A DNA stretch of 64,000 nucleotides from Microthyrium microscopicum (lineage: Eukaryota), in NCBI GenBank assembly GCA_010405405.1, contig MU004244.1, positions 809,895 through 873,894 on the forward strand, in the 5' to 3' direction. Shown here piece after piece: positions 23,304 through 35,193 of this stretch. Below the pieces are notes generated by a model that was given only the letters and a program-made list of their open reading frames with translations, was not told where the DNA came from and did no database searches. A program made the translations under genes and the position numbers. Position 1 is the first letter of the stretch; each line of letters begins with the position of its first letter.

Positions 23304-24853
23304 CTATAGCACTATACCAACTGTAGCCAATGCTTTCTTGGCCCAATCAGGCTTGTTCGCACCATGCGGGTATAACTTGTTGAAAAAGTCATGTATGAAC
23401 TGTGGAAATCGATCTTCTAGAATTGACTCTCGCACACGTCGCATCAAATCCAATTGATAGAATACGTTATGTATCGTCAACAAGTGCGCGCCAACGGTTT
23501 CTTTTGAAACGAGATGGTTGAGATACGAACGTGTGGCGCCCATTCCACCGTCTTCTCGAGAGCGACAAGTCGTACACTTGCAACCCTCTTCGATCGGACC
23601 AAAATCATTCCCATATATTGCATTGCGGAGATTGAGTACGCCATGAGCAGTCACGGCGTTTCCAAACCTCTGATGAGAGTGTCAGTCAATACAATATTCA
23701 AACGATGGGATCAAACCTACCGCAGTCCGCGTTGGCCATACACAATCAAACATATCGGCGCCTAGGGCCACAGAGACTACCAAATCTTCTGGATAACCAA
23801 CACCCATGACATATCGCGGTTTGTTGTCTGGTAGAAGGCTTGTACATGTTTTGACGCTATACAACATTAGGCTTGTAATGGATTGGTCAAAAATCTTGCA
23901 ACTCACACTTTGCAATAAGATTCCTTGTCTTCCCCACCACTTAGACCACCAATGGCGATTCCTGGGGTATCCCTTTTGACCATCGCTTCACAGCATTCTT
24001 GACGAAGATTTAGATCTAAGCCTCCTTGAATGATACAGAAGAGGTTTTGCCGTTCTGGGTATTTATGGGCTGCAATACATCGATCAAGCCACCGTACTGA
24101 GCGGCGCATGGCCTCTGTCATTCGCTCTAGGTCTGGCGATGTTGTAGCAATGACATCGTCAAGTTGCATTATTATATCGGAGCCAATGGAGTTTTGTAGT
24201 GAGATTGAATGCTCAGGAGTGAGCAACCTGATGTGGTCAGGTTCGACTCGCTCCAATCTCGCAGATGAACTTACATTGGACTGCCATCGTGAGGGCTCAA
24301 GAATCGCACCCCTTCCTCTGTTACTTTTGCTAGTTTTAGGAGTGATACCATCTGGAAGCTACAACTCAGTCAGTAACCGCTCAAGTGATTATTTTTAGAA
24401 CTTTATCAGAATCACCGACCCACCACTATCTGTGTATAGTAGTCAGCACCTATTTAGAAGATTGATCTGCTTGATCAGAGTTACCGGTTAAGATGTTGTG
24501 TTTCCATCCCTGAAATTTGTGAGCGCCGCCTACATGGTCGAGAACTTCTTGTCCAGGTTTAAGACCAAGATGGTAGGTGTTGTTTAGACATAATCGGCAG
24601 CCTGTTGCGTCCAGTTGTTCATAAGTGAGTCCCTTGAGGCTGGCCTGTGTAGCAACAGGCATGAAGATAGGAAGAGGTACAGCCCCGTGGGGTAAATGCA
24701 ATGTCGAAGCGCGAGCCTTGGTGACCTAGTGATAGTCAGGACGACGCAATCCATTCTTCCAGCCAATGATTGACGTACGGAGCATTTGGCCAGGAGGTCG
24801 AATTTTAGGGCCGGAGGACGAGGCATCGGGTCTGGCTCCGACAGTTCGGCCAT
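23304..24853 (-). CDS. QTRT1: Queuine tRNA-ribosyltransferase catalytic subunit (eukaryotic TGT), multi-exon
   Basis: Spliced motifs [53 protein letters not shown] and Zn site CKCTTC..H. Introns include 24778-24726, 24484-24430 and 24419-24359. Confidence 0.93.
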
Positions 24854-26295
24854 GAAAGATTGATTGGTATGAGCAGCTGATGTGTGTATAAAAACTTTCA
24901 ATCTCGACAGCCGAGATGAATCTAATTCCGGTTCTTTTCGTGCCCGTATGTTCGGTCGAGCCGCGAGTGCCGTGATCTACAGATTATGTGCAGAACATTC
25001 GGCAATCTATCTTGCTGGAAGATCAATAAAAGAAAAGTGCGACATTCGGGGCAGAAAAAAAGACCTGGAACCCGGAGTCAAACTGATGGACGAGGATGTT
25101 GTTGATGTAAATCCCGATGCGGCTTAGCGTGGTACCAGGTATCGGACGTACGTTGTCGATTTCGAAGCGTTACCATCAACCTTCAACAACAAGCATCGTT
25201 CAACCGTTCACCTCTTCAACCGTGCATTTGATATCCCATGCTCCAGTAATGGTGGACAGAAGCCATGGAAGTGTCAAATTTCGACATGGTGGAATCCAGG
25301 ACCAAGCACCTGAGTTCTGACAACCGTGCCGGAAGTTGATAACTCAACATATTAATAGTTCTAGCCAATTATGTGTCTCGAAAATAGAAGGCACATATGG
25401 CTCTGCATGCTTCTTTTAGGTATGTATACCGACCTGACCGAGTACCACCGCCTGGGCACTGGATTCAATGCCCTTCCTACGTGCTTATTGGACAAGACTA
25501 GATTGTCATTCGAAGAGTGCGTAGGAGGTGTCGATACACGATTGCGCGACGATACCTTGGTAACTCGACTCATTGAAATCGTTTCAGTGCTCGCACCAAA
25601 AAGATATCATAATCAGCAAGAAATATATTATCCGAGAATTCAATATTTACCCCAAGGGATAGTTTGTTGCGTACTTGGGGCCACCACTCGGCAGGAACCA
25701 TATATCTTGTACTACCGTTGGAGAGCGATAGTTGTCTCGGGCCAACTCTCTGATCCACCTGAGATCTAATGCCGAACCTTGGAATAAAAGTCCAGGTACC
25801 ACCATGTTGTTCCTTTAAAGTACCTTAATTGTCCAGGGGCAAGATGTAAGCTTTCGAAAATTGCGTGGTGCCCTCTACTGTCATATCATCTTGGTCTCCT
25901 GAGTAATCTATGGTTCCGGGTTTTGGATCAGAGGTACATCCGCACTTCATGCTTCATTACAACTTATTGCTATCAACTTGAGATCATAGCCATTCGCCCA
26001 CAGTACCGAACTAAGCTTAAAATAGCCCTGTCAAATGATGCGTCGTATATCACACGACTTTAATGGTCAATAATAGCCTGCTAAATAGTGCTCCGATTCA
26101 CCAGATCATCATTAAAATTTCATACATAATTAACTCCTGATTAAATATATGAACTCGGCTTTCTCTAAAATTGGCTTTGCTGACTATAAAGCCACCGAGT
26201 AGACTCTCGTATTCAGTTTGAGCCCACAGTATATCTCACTCGTTTAATAGAATTCTGCCACCACATTCTTTTCTGTGTGCCTCTATATCGACAAG

Positions 26296-26898
26296 ATGCA
26301 TTTCACCTCCACAGTCCTCTTGGGCCTTGCCCCAACCATGATCGCCGCCTGGGAAATCACCGCCGGTACACAAAAGCTCGGTGGAAGCCGATCCTACCAA
26401 TGTGCCACCATGGATCATCCTAAACTCGACAAACTCGTCTGGCATCCAAACGACGGAACAGCAATCGGTGGTAAATGCTGTCTCTACATCTACAAGCGCG
26501 AAGGCTGTGACGGAGACTCGATGGGTCTCTGCCGTGATTACCGACAAGACTTGGACTGGCACTTTAGATCTTTCCGCGTCGACTGTCAAGAAGGCAGCGG
26601 CGCTCCAGCTCAAGCACCAGCGCCAGCACCAGCTCCAGCACCAGCACCATACAACCCTCAGCCATATAGCCCACAGCCAGCATCACCACCATGGGGAAGC
26701 AGCGGCAGCGGCAACTCTGGCTCTTCATGGCCACCACGCGCCAGCAGCAGCGCCGCTGCATGGCCTCCACGTGCCACTCAACCAAGCTCTTCGTGGCCAC
26801 CACGCAGCGGAAACGTCCAAACTGGAAACTCTGCTCAAAACTGCAAGGGCGATCGCTGCTACGTTAACCACGTTGCTGAGGGTGAAGAAGAGCAATAG
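26296..26898 (+). CDS. Small secreted Cys-rich protein with PA-repeat linker and WPPR repeats
   Basis: Signal peptide MHFTSTVLLGLAPTMIAA; 6-Cys N-terminal domain ending SFRVDC; (PA)n tract; three WPPR motifs; TATAAA at ~26185. Confidence 0.8.
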   Translation: MHFTSTVLLGLAPTMIAAWEITAGTQKLGGSRSYQCATMDHPKLDKLVWHPNDGTAIGGKCCLYIYKREGCDGDSMGLCRDYRQDLDWHFRSFRVDCQEGSGAPAQAPAPAPAPAPAPYNPQPYSPQPASPPWGSSGSGNSGSSWPPRASSSAAAWPPRATQPSSSWPPRSGNVQTGNSAQNCKGDRCYVNHVAEGEEEQ

Positions 26899-27817
26899 AC
26901 ATCTAATTGTGGCCTGGGAATAGGAAGAATGTGGTTGATGCTATTTTATTCAGATCTTGTATATTAGCTCTTCAAGAAAATTTGAGAATAAAATATAATC
27001 AAACAATCGCTATAATTTGCAGTGACTGTCAACTGAGACTCTAATTGTGCTCTCCGTTCCAACGAACGGTTAGGACGGCTACTCCTAGGGCCCGCAGGAG
27101 CCGGCAAAATGATCTTTTCTGGAGGCCTATATAACAGAAACGTTATAGAGCTGGGTACTTATACTTACAGAAGCTGAAAAAATAAGCACTTACTTCTGAC
27201 ATCCTCGGCTCTGCCAAAGAATGATCAAGGTGAGGCCTTCCCTTGCTCCCTGGAAGTGTCCATGGACTAGCAAAACGAATGGCACACTCCCACCAACAAC
27301 AATGGCCCCTCCAACAGTAGTCAACAAAAAATGCTGTATTGCACGTCGCAATTGACAAATGGTGAATATTTGAGCACCGTCTTTGGGTAAGAAAGCACTC
27401 GAAAACGGAGCGTAGCAGATGGAAGCCATGGAGGTTGATGAGGGTGGTGGTAAGCATTGCCCAAAAGGGACATCTCGCACTTCACCTCATATTTTGAGGT
27501 TCAAATGGCGTGACGCAACATCAACCAGTCAAGAATTTGAAACCAGATCCCGAATGACTCTGCACCTCATATGGTGAATTGAGATAAATAATAAACAATT
27601 GACGTTGGGGATACCGACAGATTGGGAAGGCAGGACATGTTGATGGGAGGTGCCTGCCTCTCAAATGTCACTCACTGAGTCCGGCAACCACGATTTCACT
27701 TCTTGGGAAGGCACGCCAGGCCGCCGCATTTGACGCAACCCCACAACTTCAAACCTCTTATACCATATCAACTTGTAGTCCAGAGCGCTCTCATTCCAGT
27801 CTTTTCCAGTCAGCATC

Positions 27818-28684
27818 ATGGCGACCGAGTTCACCACCTGCTTCAGGCCGACGCCAGAGCATAAACAAGCATTACAGAACTACAATCGCTCTGTACCGCC
27901 AAACCAACAGCATGGAGTCCCACAGGAGTTTATCGACATTATGACAATTCGCGAGAAAGTCTTTGTCGAAGAGCAAGGCGTGCCGCTGGAGAATGAAATG
28001 GACGATGAAGATGCCCACTGCTGGCACTTTCTGATATACGTCAGTGTCGGCGCGCCCAAAGGTCAATCTGCCGAAGTTCAGCGTGGATTCAATGCTCCCA
28101 GCGATACCAACTCTGTTCTCCAAACCCCGGTTTCCAGCGAACCCGCTCCACGCCGCGTCTCTGCCAGCGACGTTCAAAAGCGACGTGCTCGAGCCACCAG
28201 CACGGCGACTCGCGCCCCAGCCGGCACTATACGCTTGATTCCTCCGAAATATCGCGATCCTAACAGCCGTCGCAAAGGTTCCGAGGCCGCAAGAACGTCT
28301 TCGGTCAGCTCCAGCGGAGCTGTAATCCCCCATCCTACCACCGACGAACCCTACGTCAAGCTTGGCCGATTGGCAGTCTTGAAGGAATTTCGTGGAATGA
28401 ACCTATCGAAACTCATCACCAACGTTGCCCTCCAAGCGGCGCGGCAAAACGCCCATGTTATGCAACCTCGTGTCGATACCGTCGAGGAAGAGAGCTTGCG
28501 TATTTCAGGTGTGAAACCACTGAAACCTTGGAATGGATTGGTCTATGTGCACGCCCAGAAGGACCGGACACTGGATCTGTGGCGCAAATGGGGTTTCAAA
28601 ATCGACGAACAGATGGGAGAGTGGGATGAAGAAGGAATGATGCATGTTGGCATGTGGAAACAGCTCGATATTGAACAACAGTGA
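27818..28684 (+). CDS. GNAT-family acetyltransferase (ElaA/YjcF-like)
   Basis: IREKVFVEEQGVPLENEMD, GTIRL, KLGRLAVLKEFRG, VHAQ and EEGMMHVGM. Confidence 0.88.
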   Translation: MATEFTTCFRPTPEHKQALQNYNRSVPPNQQHGVPQEFIDIMTIREKVFVEEQGVPLENEMDDEDAHCWHFLIYVSVGAPKGQSAEVQRGFNAPSDTNSVLQTPVSSEPAPRRVSASDVQKRRARATSTATRAPAGTIRLIPPKYRDPNSRRKGSEAARTSSVSSSGAVIPHPTTDEPYVKLGRLAVLKEFRGMNLSKLITNVALQAARQNAHVMQPRVDTVEEESLRISGVKPLKPWNGLVYVHAQKDRTLDLWRKWGFKIDEQMGEWDEEGMMHVGMWKQLDIEQQ

Positions 28685-29650
28685 GTTACGAGGAGAGAAA
28701 GCAACAACAAATATCCAGGCCGTCCACTATTATTATTTACTAACCTATCCGATGGGAACCATGTATTTTCTTTTGTCATTCTGCTAACTTTCAATTTTCC
28801 GCAAGATACAAGTTCAAACGGACACCAAATGCTATGGATAGATTGGATTGGTATTAGATGGACTGGAAAACAGTGGGTACAGCCCAACATGATGTATGAT
28901 AAACGAACAAAGAACCCCCAAATCACTGAGGCCCTATTTCAATGGCATTCTCACACATTCAGTCATGGCTCTCACCGCATCTTCTGACGTGAATATACGG
29001 TATACCTATTGTCCCATCTCGATTGATGATTTGCCCATCTATCTAAGCGCGAGATGGGAAGCAAAGCACTTGGTGCACAGCGTCGTGCGTGGCTACCACC
29101 ACACTCTATATAACTAGACTATACTTACTCTCCCATCCTATTTGATAATTCGCACAATTCTCCAGATACTTGATGGGAAAACAAGCATGCTCTCTTTATA
29201 GAGAGCGATGGCAGCCATGGTTGTAGATGGCAGAGTGCCATTTTCATGTCCATCCATTGATTGACATAAACGCGATCTCTCTATTCTCAAAATGAGCGAG
29301 TGATATGAAAGGGTGTTCCCATGAGCTGCGAGATCTGTCATAGCACTTCTTGAAAGGAAACAATGCTCAAACTCCCCTTGAATGCGTCAACAACCATCGG
29401 AGATGATTCAATACGATTGGAACTAATACTTTCACCCTTCAAGTGGTACTATGGCAGATATCGTGGTTGTTGGGAGCGTCTCATCAATTTTGTCCATCGA
29501 TGGAACAGCAACAAAAGTCACGTAGGTAAAGAAATTATTTGCAAAAATAATAAAAGAAAGCAAAACACCAATGCCATGCTGTATCGTTCATGATGTGTAT
29601 CTATATAAATAATTCTACAAGTAAACAACTTCCGCTAAAATTCGACTGTT

Positions 29651-32600
29651 TTACAACTCGTCTTTTACATCAGACGCTTTCGACTTGACCGTCTCCGCCG
29701 CCTCCTTTGCCTTGTCCGTCGGCGTACTAACCTCCTCCTTGATCTTGTCCGTCGCTTTGCTCGCAGTGTCAGTTGCCTTGGAGGCAGCATCTGTAGCTTT
29801 CGACTTGGCCTCATCTGTTTTGCTCTTGGCAGCCTTTTTGGCGCTCTTGGATTTGGACTTTGGCTTTGGGGGTGGTTTCATTTTTTTGGTGAGTATTTTC
29901 ATGAGTGCGTTGTTGAGATCTGTGGCTTTGCTGGAGATCTCTTTTGAGTCGAAGACTGGTTCTTCCCAGGGCTTAAGTGCGTCTTGCTCTTTGAGTTTCT
30001 TTTCTAGCCACTCCTCGACGGTTTTGTAGGAGCCTGCGAGCTCGGAGAGGTCTTCGGCTGTGTACTGAGGCATGAAGGGTTCTGGAATCGCCGTTGTTGT
30101 CGCTGATTTGGTGCTGCTGCTACTCGACTCGTCCTCTTCAAGGCTCTCGAGTCCACCATCAGTGGTTTCGCCCTTGATGGCGGATGTCACAGATGAGGCA
30201 CCATCCTCAACGGACTTTGAAGCCTCGGCTGCGGCAGAAGATGCAGATTTGGCGGAGGATTCGATGGATTCTTCGATGATCTTGATGAAGCTCTGAGCTT
30301 GGCTGAGGGCTTCACGAAGAGTGGTGGTTAATTGAGGGCGTTTTTCAGCCTCATCTTTGCGGCGTCGGATAGGATCCACAAGAGCATGGAGAGCCTTGAG
30401 CTTTTCTTTGAGAATATCAGAGGCAGCAGTGAAACCTTCTTCCGAGACCCAAGATGAGGTGGCCTTGATGAGATCCTCAATATCCTTGAGCATTGGCTTG
30501 CTGGCGAATCCAGTGAAGGACTCATCGGTAAGGAGATCGCGGGCCTTGTACGTGAAGCCTTCAAGGTTGTTCAGGTCTTCCTCACGTGTGATACGTTCCT
30601 TGTCAGAGACACCGAATAAACGAAGTCTAAATAAATTAGTGACTGTCCAAAGAAATAGGCAATGGTACATACCGCTCATTGATGAATTTCTGCTCCACAA
30701 ATGGAACTGTGGTTGAATCATCATGTTCAGCGTTGAAATCGAATTTTACTGTCTCGGTCTTGATTGTCGTCTTTGCTGGCTTCGCATCTTTGGCGTCTTT
30801 AGCATCCTTCGCGGAGGACTTTGCGGCCGCTGAGCTCGAGGATGAAGAAGAGGATGATTTCTCGCTGCTTGAAGCGGAAGAGGACGAGTCCTTCTTGTCA
30901 TCCTTGAGAGGTTTCTGTGAGCCATCACCCTTCTTTCCAAATCCAAGGAAGTCCTTGACATTGTCCATGACACCCGGTTCCTTCTCAGCAACTTCGCGGT
31001 CACAGCTGACAGTGCCACCAGAAACTTCAGGAAGGCCCCAAACGGGATCTAGACGCAGAGTGACCTTGGTTGAGATATCCTCTGGCTTGCATGAAAAATC
31101 TTTGGTAAGCTTGGCGATAGCGTCATTTAGCTTGGTAGATTTGAAAGTGCTTCCCGAGTTTCCTTGAGCACCTGATTCAAATGGTGAACCGGCATCAGTA
31201 GGTCGCTTCTGGAAGACGTAGATTTCGAAATCTTCTTGGTGTGGCAGAGTCACGACTTTGCTGGCACCAACGTGAGATGAAGAGGTAAATATCTTTTGCT
31301 GGGTAGTTTTTCCATCCTTCTTCTTGTATTGGATCCAAGTAGGGTAGACTGCTGAATCATAAGCTCGAATTTCCTTTACTCGGAAGCTTGGACTGATGCT
31401 AGCGGCCTTGAATGCGGCACCAAATGCTGCAGCTTCATCTGAGTTGACATTGCTGCGTAGTTTGGAGCTATCCCCAACGAGACCTTCGAGGTGTTTCTGG
31501 ATTAAAGGGGTGCGAATGGCTCCGCCGTGAAGGATAACAGAGTCAAGGTCTGCTGCAGTGAGGTTGGCAGCTTTCAAAGCACTTGCGAATGGAGCGGCAA
31601 GACGTTCCGCAAAGGGTTCAGCTTGCTTCTCAAAATCGCCTCGAGCCAGCTTATATTTGAAATCAACATCTTGATAGAGTTCTTCCCAAGAAGCTTGAGT
31701 CTGCTGATTCGCGCTGAGAACTTGTCGAACTTTCTCAGCATCTTTCCAGAGTCTAGCAGAAGCTCGACCATCAGCCAGAACATCTGCTGCAGTTTTTCCG
31801 AGCTTCTTTCCAGCGCTGCTTTCGATAAACTTGGTAGCCATGTCCTGAATAATCACATGGTTCAAGGCATCACCACCCAATGTACGATCCCAGCCAGTAC
31901 CCATAACAATAACTTCTTGGACAGTTTTGTTGAACTTGCCAACGTCCTTGACGGTTCGTCCTTGCATCTTGAGGATAGTGGCAGTAGTGTAACCAGCACC
32001 AACATCGTAAATCATATGATACTCGGGTTTGGCGCCATCGTTGATGCTCTCGAACTTTCTTGAAGTGGCATAGTTAATGCCGACCGCCAGACCGTCCGAA
32101 ACAACACCAAGAACTTTGAGACCAGCCAGATTGGCTGCGAGCTCAAGCGCACTCTTCTCCTCGATAGTAGAAAACGGTGGAATGGTGAAGACAACGTTGC
32201 TGACTTTATAGGCCTTTCCGGTCATCGTTTGCGCATTCGAAACAACATTCTTTAGAACCATAGCCAGAAGTTCTTCCACTGGGAATGGTGTCTCGTGAGA
32301 CTCGAAACTCTTGCTCTTGAATGCTGTTGTCCCGCGCTTATTGTAAGTGACCAGTTCCACCGCCGGGTATCTTGCTTTATATTCCTTAACTACTGTTGAT
32401 GTGTCTTGTGGTAGTCCCAAAAGTTGTTTCAAATTGAAATATGCATCGCCCGGAAAGCGCGCACTGAGTGCTTGAGCGGCACTGCCGTAGAAGCGTTCGG
32501 GGAATACTCCTTTGGCGACCGCATTGCTCTTCGGTGTCTTGAATGATACCACTGACGGCTCTTTCCGTTTCGAGTCTTTACTCAAGACGATCTCGAGTGG

Positions 32601-32759
32601 TGTTCCAGGCTTTACGAGTACAGCCTTGATATATTCAGTTCCGAGATCGATACCGAGGACGGCAGAAACAGCGGCGACAGACTGTGAAAGGAAGAGAAGG
32701 GATATGATCAAGAGCGATAACGAGGGTAGCGTAGCCCTCCGTCGACCGGGTGGAGCCAT
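29651..32759 (-). CDS. LHS1: ER lumenal Hsp70-family nucleotide exchange factor Lhs1/Grp170 (HYOU1)
   Basis: Signal peptide, VLGIDLGTEYIK, NSDEAAAFGA; intron 30672-30627; C-terminal KDEL. Confidence 0.94.
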
Positions 32760-33328
32760 TTTGTGTAAAAGGGATGAAAGAGTTGAGGAAGGGCGAGAGA
32801 GACTCGAGGAAGCTTTGGGTTTGCGTGAAGAAGAAGTAGGCGGTAGGCTAGAGAGCGGTTAAATGCAAGGTGGACTAACGAAGGAGACACCTGGTCACTT
32901 GAAAGAAGTTGACCGCATGGACATAGCCAGTACGATTATACCGGGAGGTGAGAAATGCCAGATATGTTGTATTGATTTATTGGTCGGGGCTCAGTTAGCG
33001 CGCTCAAGGAGTCAAGCAGGGGTACCTGAGCTAGTGCTGAAATGAGACTAGTTTGCCGCGTGCAGCCTCATATCCAACTACAGTCCTTTATATGTGAACT
33101 AAACAATTTCAGTCTTGGTAACACTCATTGCATGACAACATCTTGAGGCGAGATGGTGTGTAAACTTACGAAAGGTACAAGTACTTCATATCGATCTGGT
33201 CTCCTACTACTTTCATTTGGGGCCCAAGGCGCTACTGCCTAGATGCACCTTTCGCGCCTGCCAAATACGGTAATACAATAGACGACTGAACTTGATCTCA
33301 AAGCAAGAGCCACGGCTCTAGTCGCCAA

Positions 33329-33338
33329 CAGCCACGTG
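33329..33338. promoter_or_regulatory. UPRE-like (Hac1/XBP1-type) GCCACGT element
   Basis: CAGCCACGTG ~570 bp upstream of the LHS1 ATG. LHS1 is a known UPR target in fungi. Confidence 0.4.
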
Positions 33339-33399
33339 CATTGGCTTCAACGTTCCTTCCTCTATAAGATTTGCACTGATGTGCTTAGTAACAGAGTCT

Positions 33400-34210
33400 G
33401 CACGCTTCGTCCACAAGCTCGATGCTCAAGTCTCTCTCACCAACATCACAAATCACTCACCAACCCGCCCAAACAAGCCGCTTCAATACAAATCACCCGC
33501 TTCTGTCATCCTCATTCCAGAGATTCCTTGTCCACCGGAGCAAGTCTTCGACCGAAGCTCGCTCTGGTGGGGCCTCACTTTCAGGAAGCTCAGTGCCAAC
33601 TTCCTTTTCCATTTTTCTTTGTATCTTCATTGGTACACCCGTCTGCCTGAGTCAGTTTTCGGCGGAGTTTTACTTGCCTGAGTTAATTCTCGGTAAGTCG
33701 GGCACCACATTCCGTGGTGTGACGTTGTCTTAGCCATTCTTTGGCGGATGACTATCTAACCTGGAGATGAACATCTTTGGGATAAGAGACGTGCTACTAT
33801 AGCAATACCTGATTGCAAAACTCTTTTCTCCGCCTTGTAGGCGTGTTAATCGCCGTGGGTGGTTGGGAGGGAATATGGCGGATTTTGCTGGTGGCCTCCA
33901 GACTCAATCCATAGTTTGGGCGGTAGGGCGTGTGATGCGGAATAAAGGGCTACGCTGAGAACATCTCGGGCAAAGGATGTCTGATGGCCTGACATATTTC
34001 AGGTAATCAGGCAGCTACTACGGTAGTGCATCTCGAGATGCTAGCCGGGCATTGTTTCTGTTTCTTTGAAGCATGTAAGTCCCCCGTTTGTCTGCTCGGT
34101 TCACCTGGGTCACAGACGGGGGACGTACATGGCGACTCACCTTAGCCTGCTAGGCTAGGGATCCATTGCGTAGCATACCCTCGTCAGTATCGAGGCATTC
34201 GATGGTATTA
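33400..34210 (+). ncRNA. Candidate structured non-coding RNA of unknown class
   Basis: At least 8 consecutive hairpins, including a 60-nt, ~25-bp stem-loop (34072-34131) and a cUACGg tetraloop. No credible ORF. TATA-like TATAAG at ~33363. Confidence 0.4.
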
Positions 34211-34734
34211 AGAGTTTGTTCCTCCAAGGTATTGCTTAGATCCACAGAACCGTGAATTTTACAGCAGAGTCCTCCAAGGCCTGTATTTGATTGATTTATG
34301 TGTGAACGTAACTACAGGAAGGGAGTATTGTAGCCAGGCTCGATAACACGCAAACATCGGGTTAACAAATATGGCACGTCCCCATCAAGTGCGATGTCTG
34401 CCACTGCACGTCAAGAATAGGACACTATAGTTGAGATTGATACCTAAGTATGTAATCAGCTTCTTGTTGTGTTAGTCGGAGAATCCAAGATGATGTATTG
34501 TGTTATCGAACACTAAAGTACAGACTCAACACTCATAGATATGAGCACTATAAACTCCCATCCTATTATATTTCCCTCCAAGATCCCGTCAGATTCTTAC
34601 ACCCAACATTGAGAAATCCACTAAACTTACAACCAAGCCACCTTCGACATCGATTTTCTACGCATCAACTGCTCAATCTCACATAAATCCGGACCGCCTA
34701 CAGACAGACTCTTAGCTCCGATAGTCTCAACACC

Positions 34735-34977
34735 ATGCGTCTCTCAATTCCTCTCTTCGCGGCAGCACTCCTTGCTCCTTCAGCATTCGCCGGTCCAGCC
34801 GCCTATGGCATCTGCCAAGCAGGCTGTGCTGCTGTAGTAGCAGCTTGCTATGCGGCTGCTGGCGCCACCTTCGGAGTTGCTCCACCAGTCGCTATACCCG
34901 CCCTCGCAGCATGTAACACGGCGTTCGGCACCTGTCAGGCTGCTTGTTGGGCAGCTCTTCTGCTTCCAACTCCTTGA
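34735..34977 (+). CDS. Small secreted Ala-rich 6-Cys protein (GP.AYGICQAGC family, often labelled cysteine-rich or zygote-specific protein)
   Basis: Signal peptide, then GPAAYGICQAGCAAVVAACYAAAGATFG..ACNTAFGTCQAAC; CACCATG start context; TATAAA at ~34549. Confidence 0.88.
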   Translation: MRLSIPLFAAALLAPSAFAGPAAYGICQAGCAAVVAACYAAAGATFGVAPPVAIPALAACNTAFGTCQAACWAALLLPTP

Positions 34978-35145
34978 AGACTAGGATGAACAAGGAAAGA
35001 CATCAAGGCGCGATGACTGATCAATAATGATATTACCTGTTTTGTGGCAACAAGTCGCGGTGTTGGATTCAGGGAAAGCGTAGAATAATGAGAAATTGAA
35101 GAAGTACCTACGCAAAGTGCGATGCTGCGGTGCTTTGGAGGTTTA

Positions 35146-35193
35146 TTGTGATTTCTTGTTTACCACTTTTTGTGATTTCTTATCTACCACTTT
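35146..35193. repeat. Imperfect 24-bp tandem duplication
   Basis: TTGTGATTTCTTGTTTACCACTTT followed by TTGTGATTTCTTATCTACCACTTT. Confidence 0.7.

Noticed and set aside
25080..25800. Short ORFs of 62-132 aa upstream of TGT
   Set aside because: No motif, codon bias or coherent exon structure.
33288..33300. GAACTTGATCT resembles a TPP riboswitch core
   Set aside because: The following GGATAATACCAGCGAAAG-type segment is absent and there is no thiamine gene nearby.
33436..33464. CA-rich 9-nt direct repeat with a 20-nt period as a possible telomerase template
   Set aside because: It does not match TTAGGG-type telomeres, and CA-rich tracts are common at transcript 5' ends in this window.
33584..33595. 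GGAAGCTCAGTG fits the eukaryotic RNase P CR-I pattern
   Set aside because: No matching CR-V/P4 partner in the right context and no P3 internal-loop signature was found.
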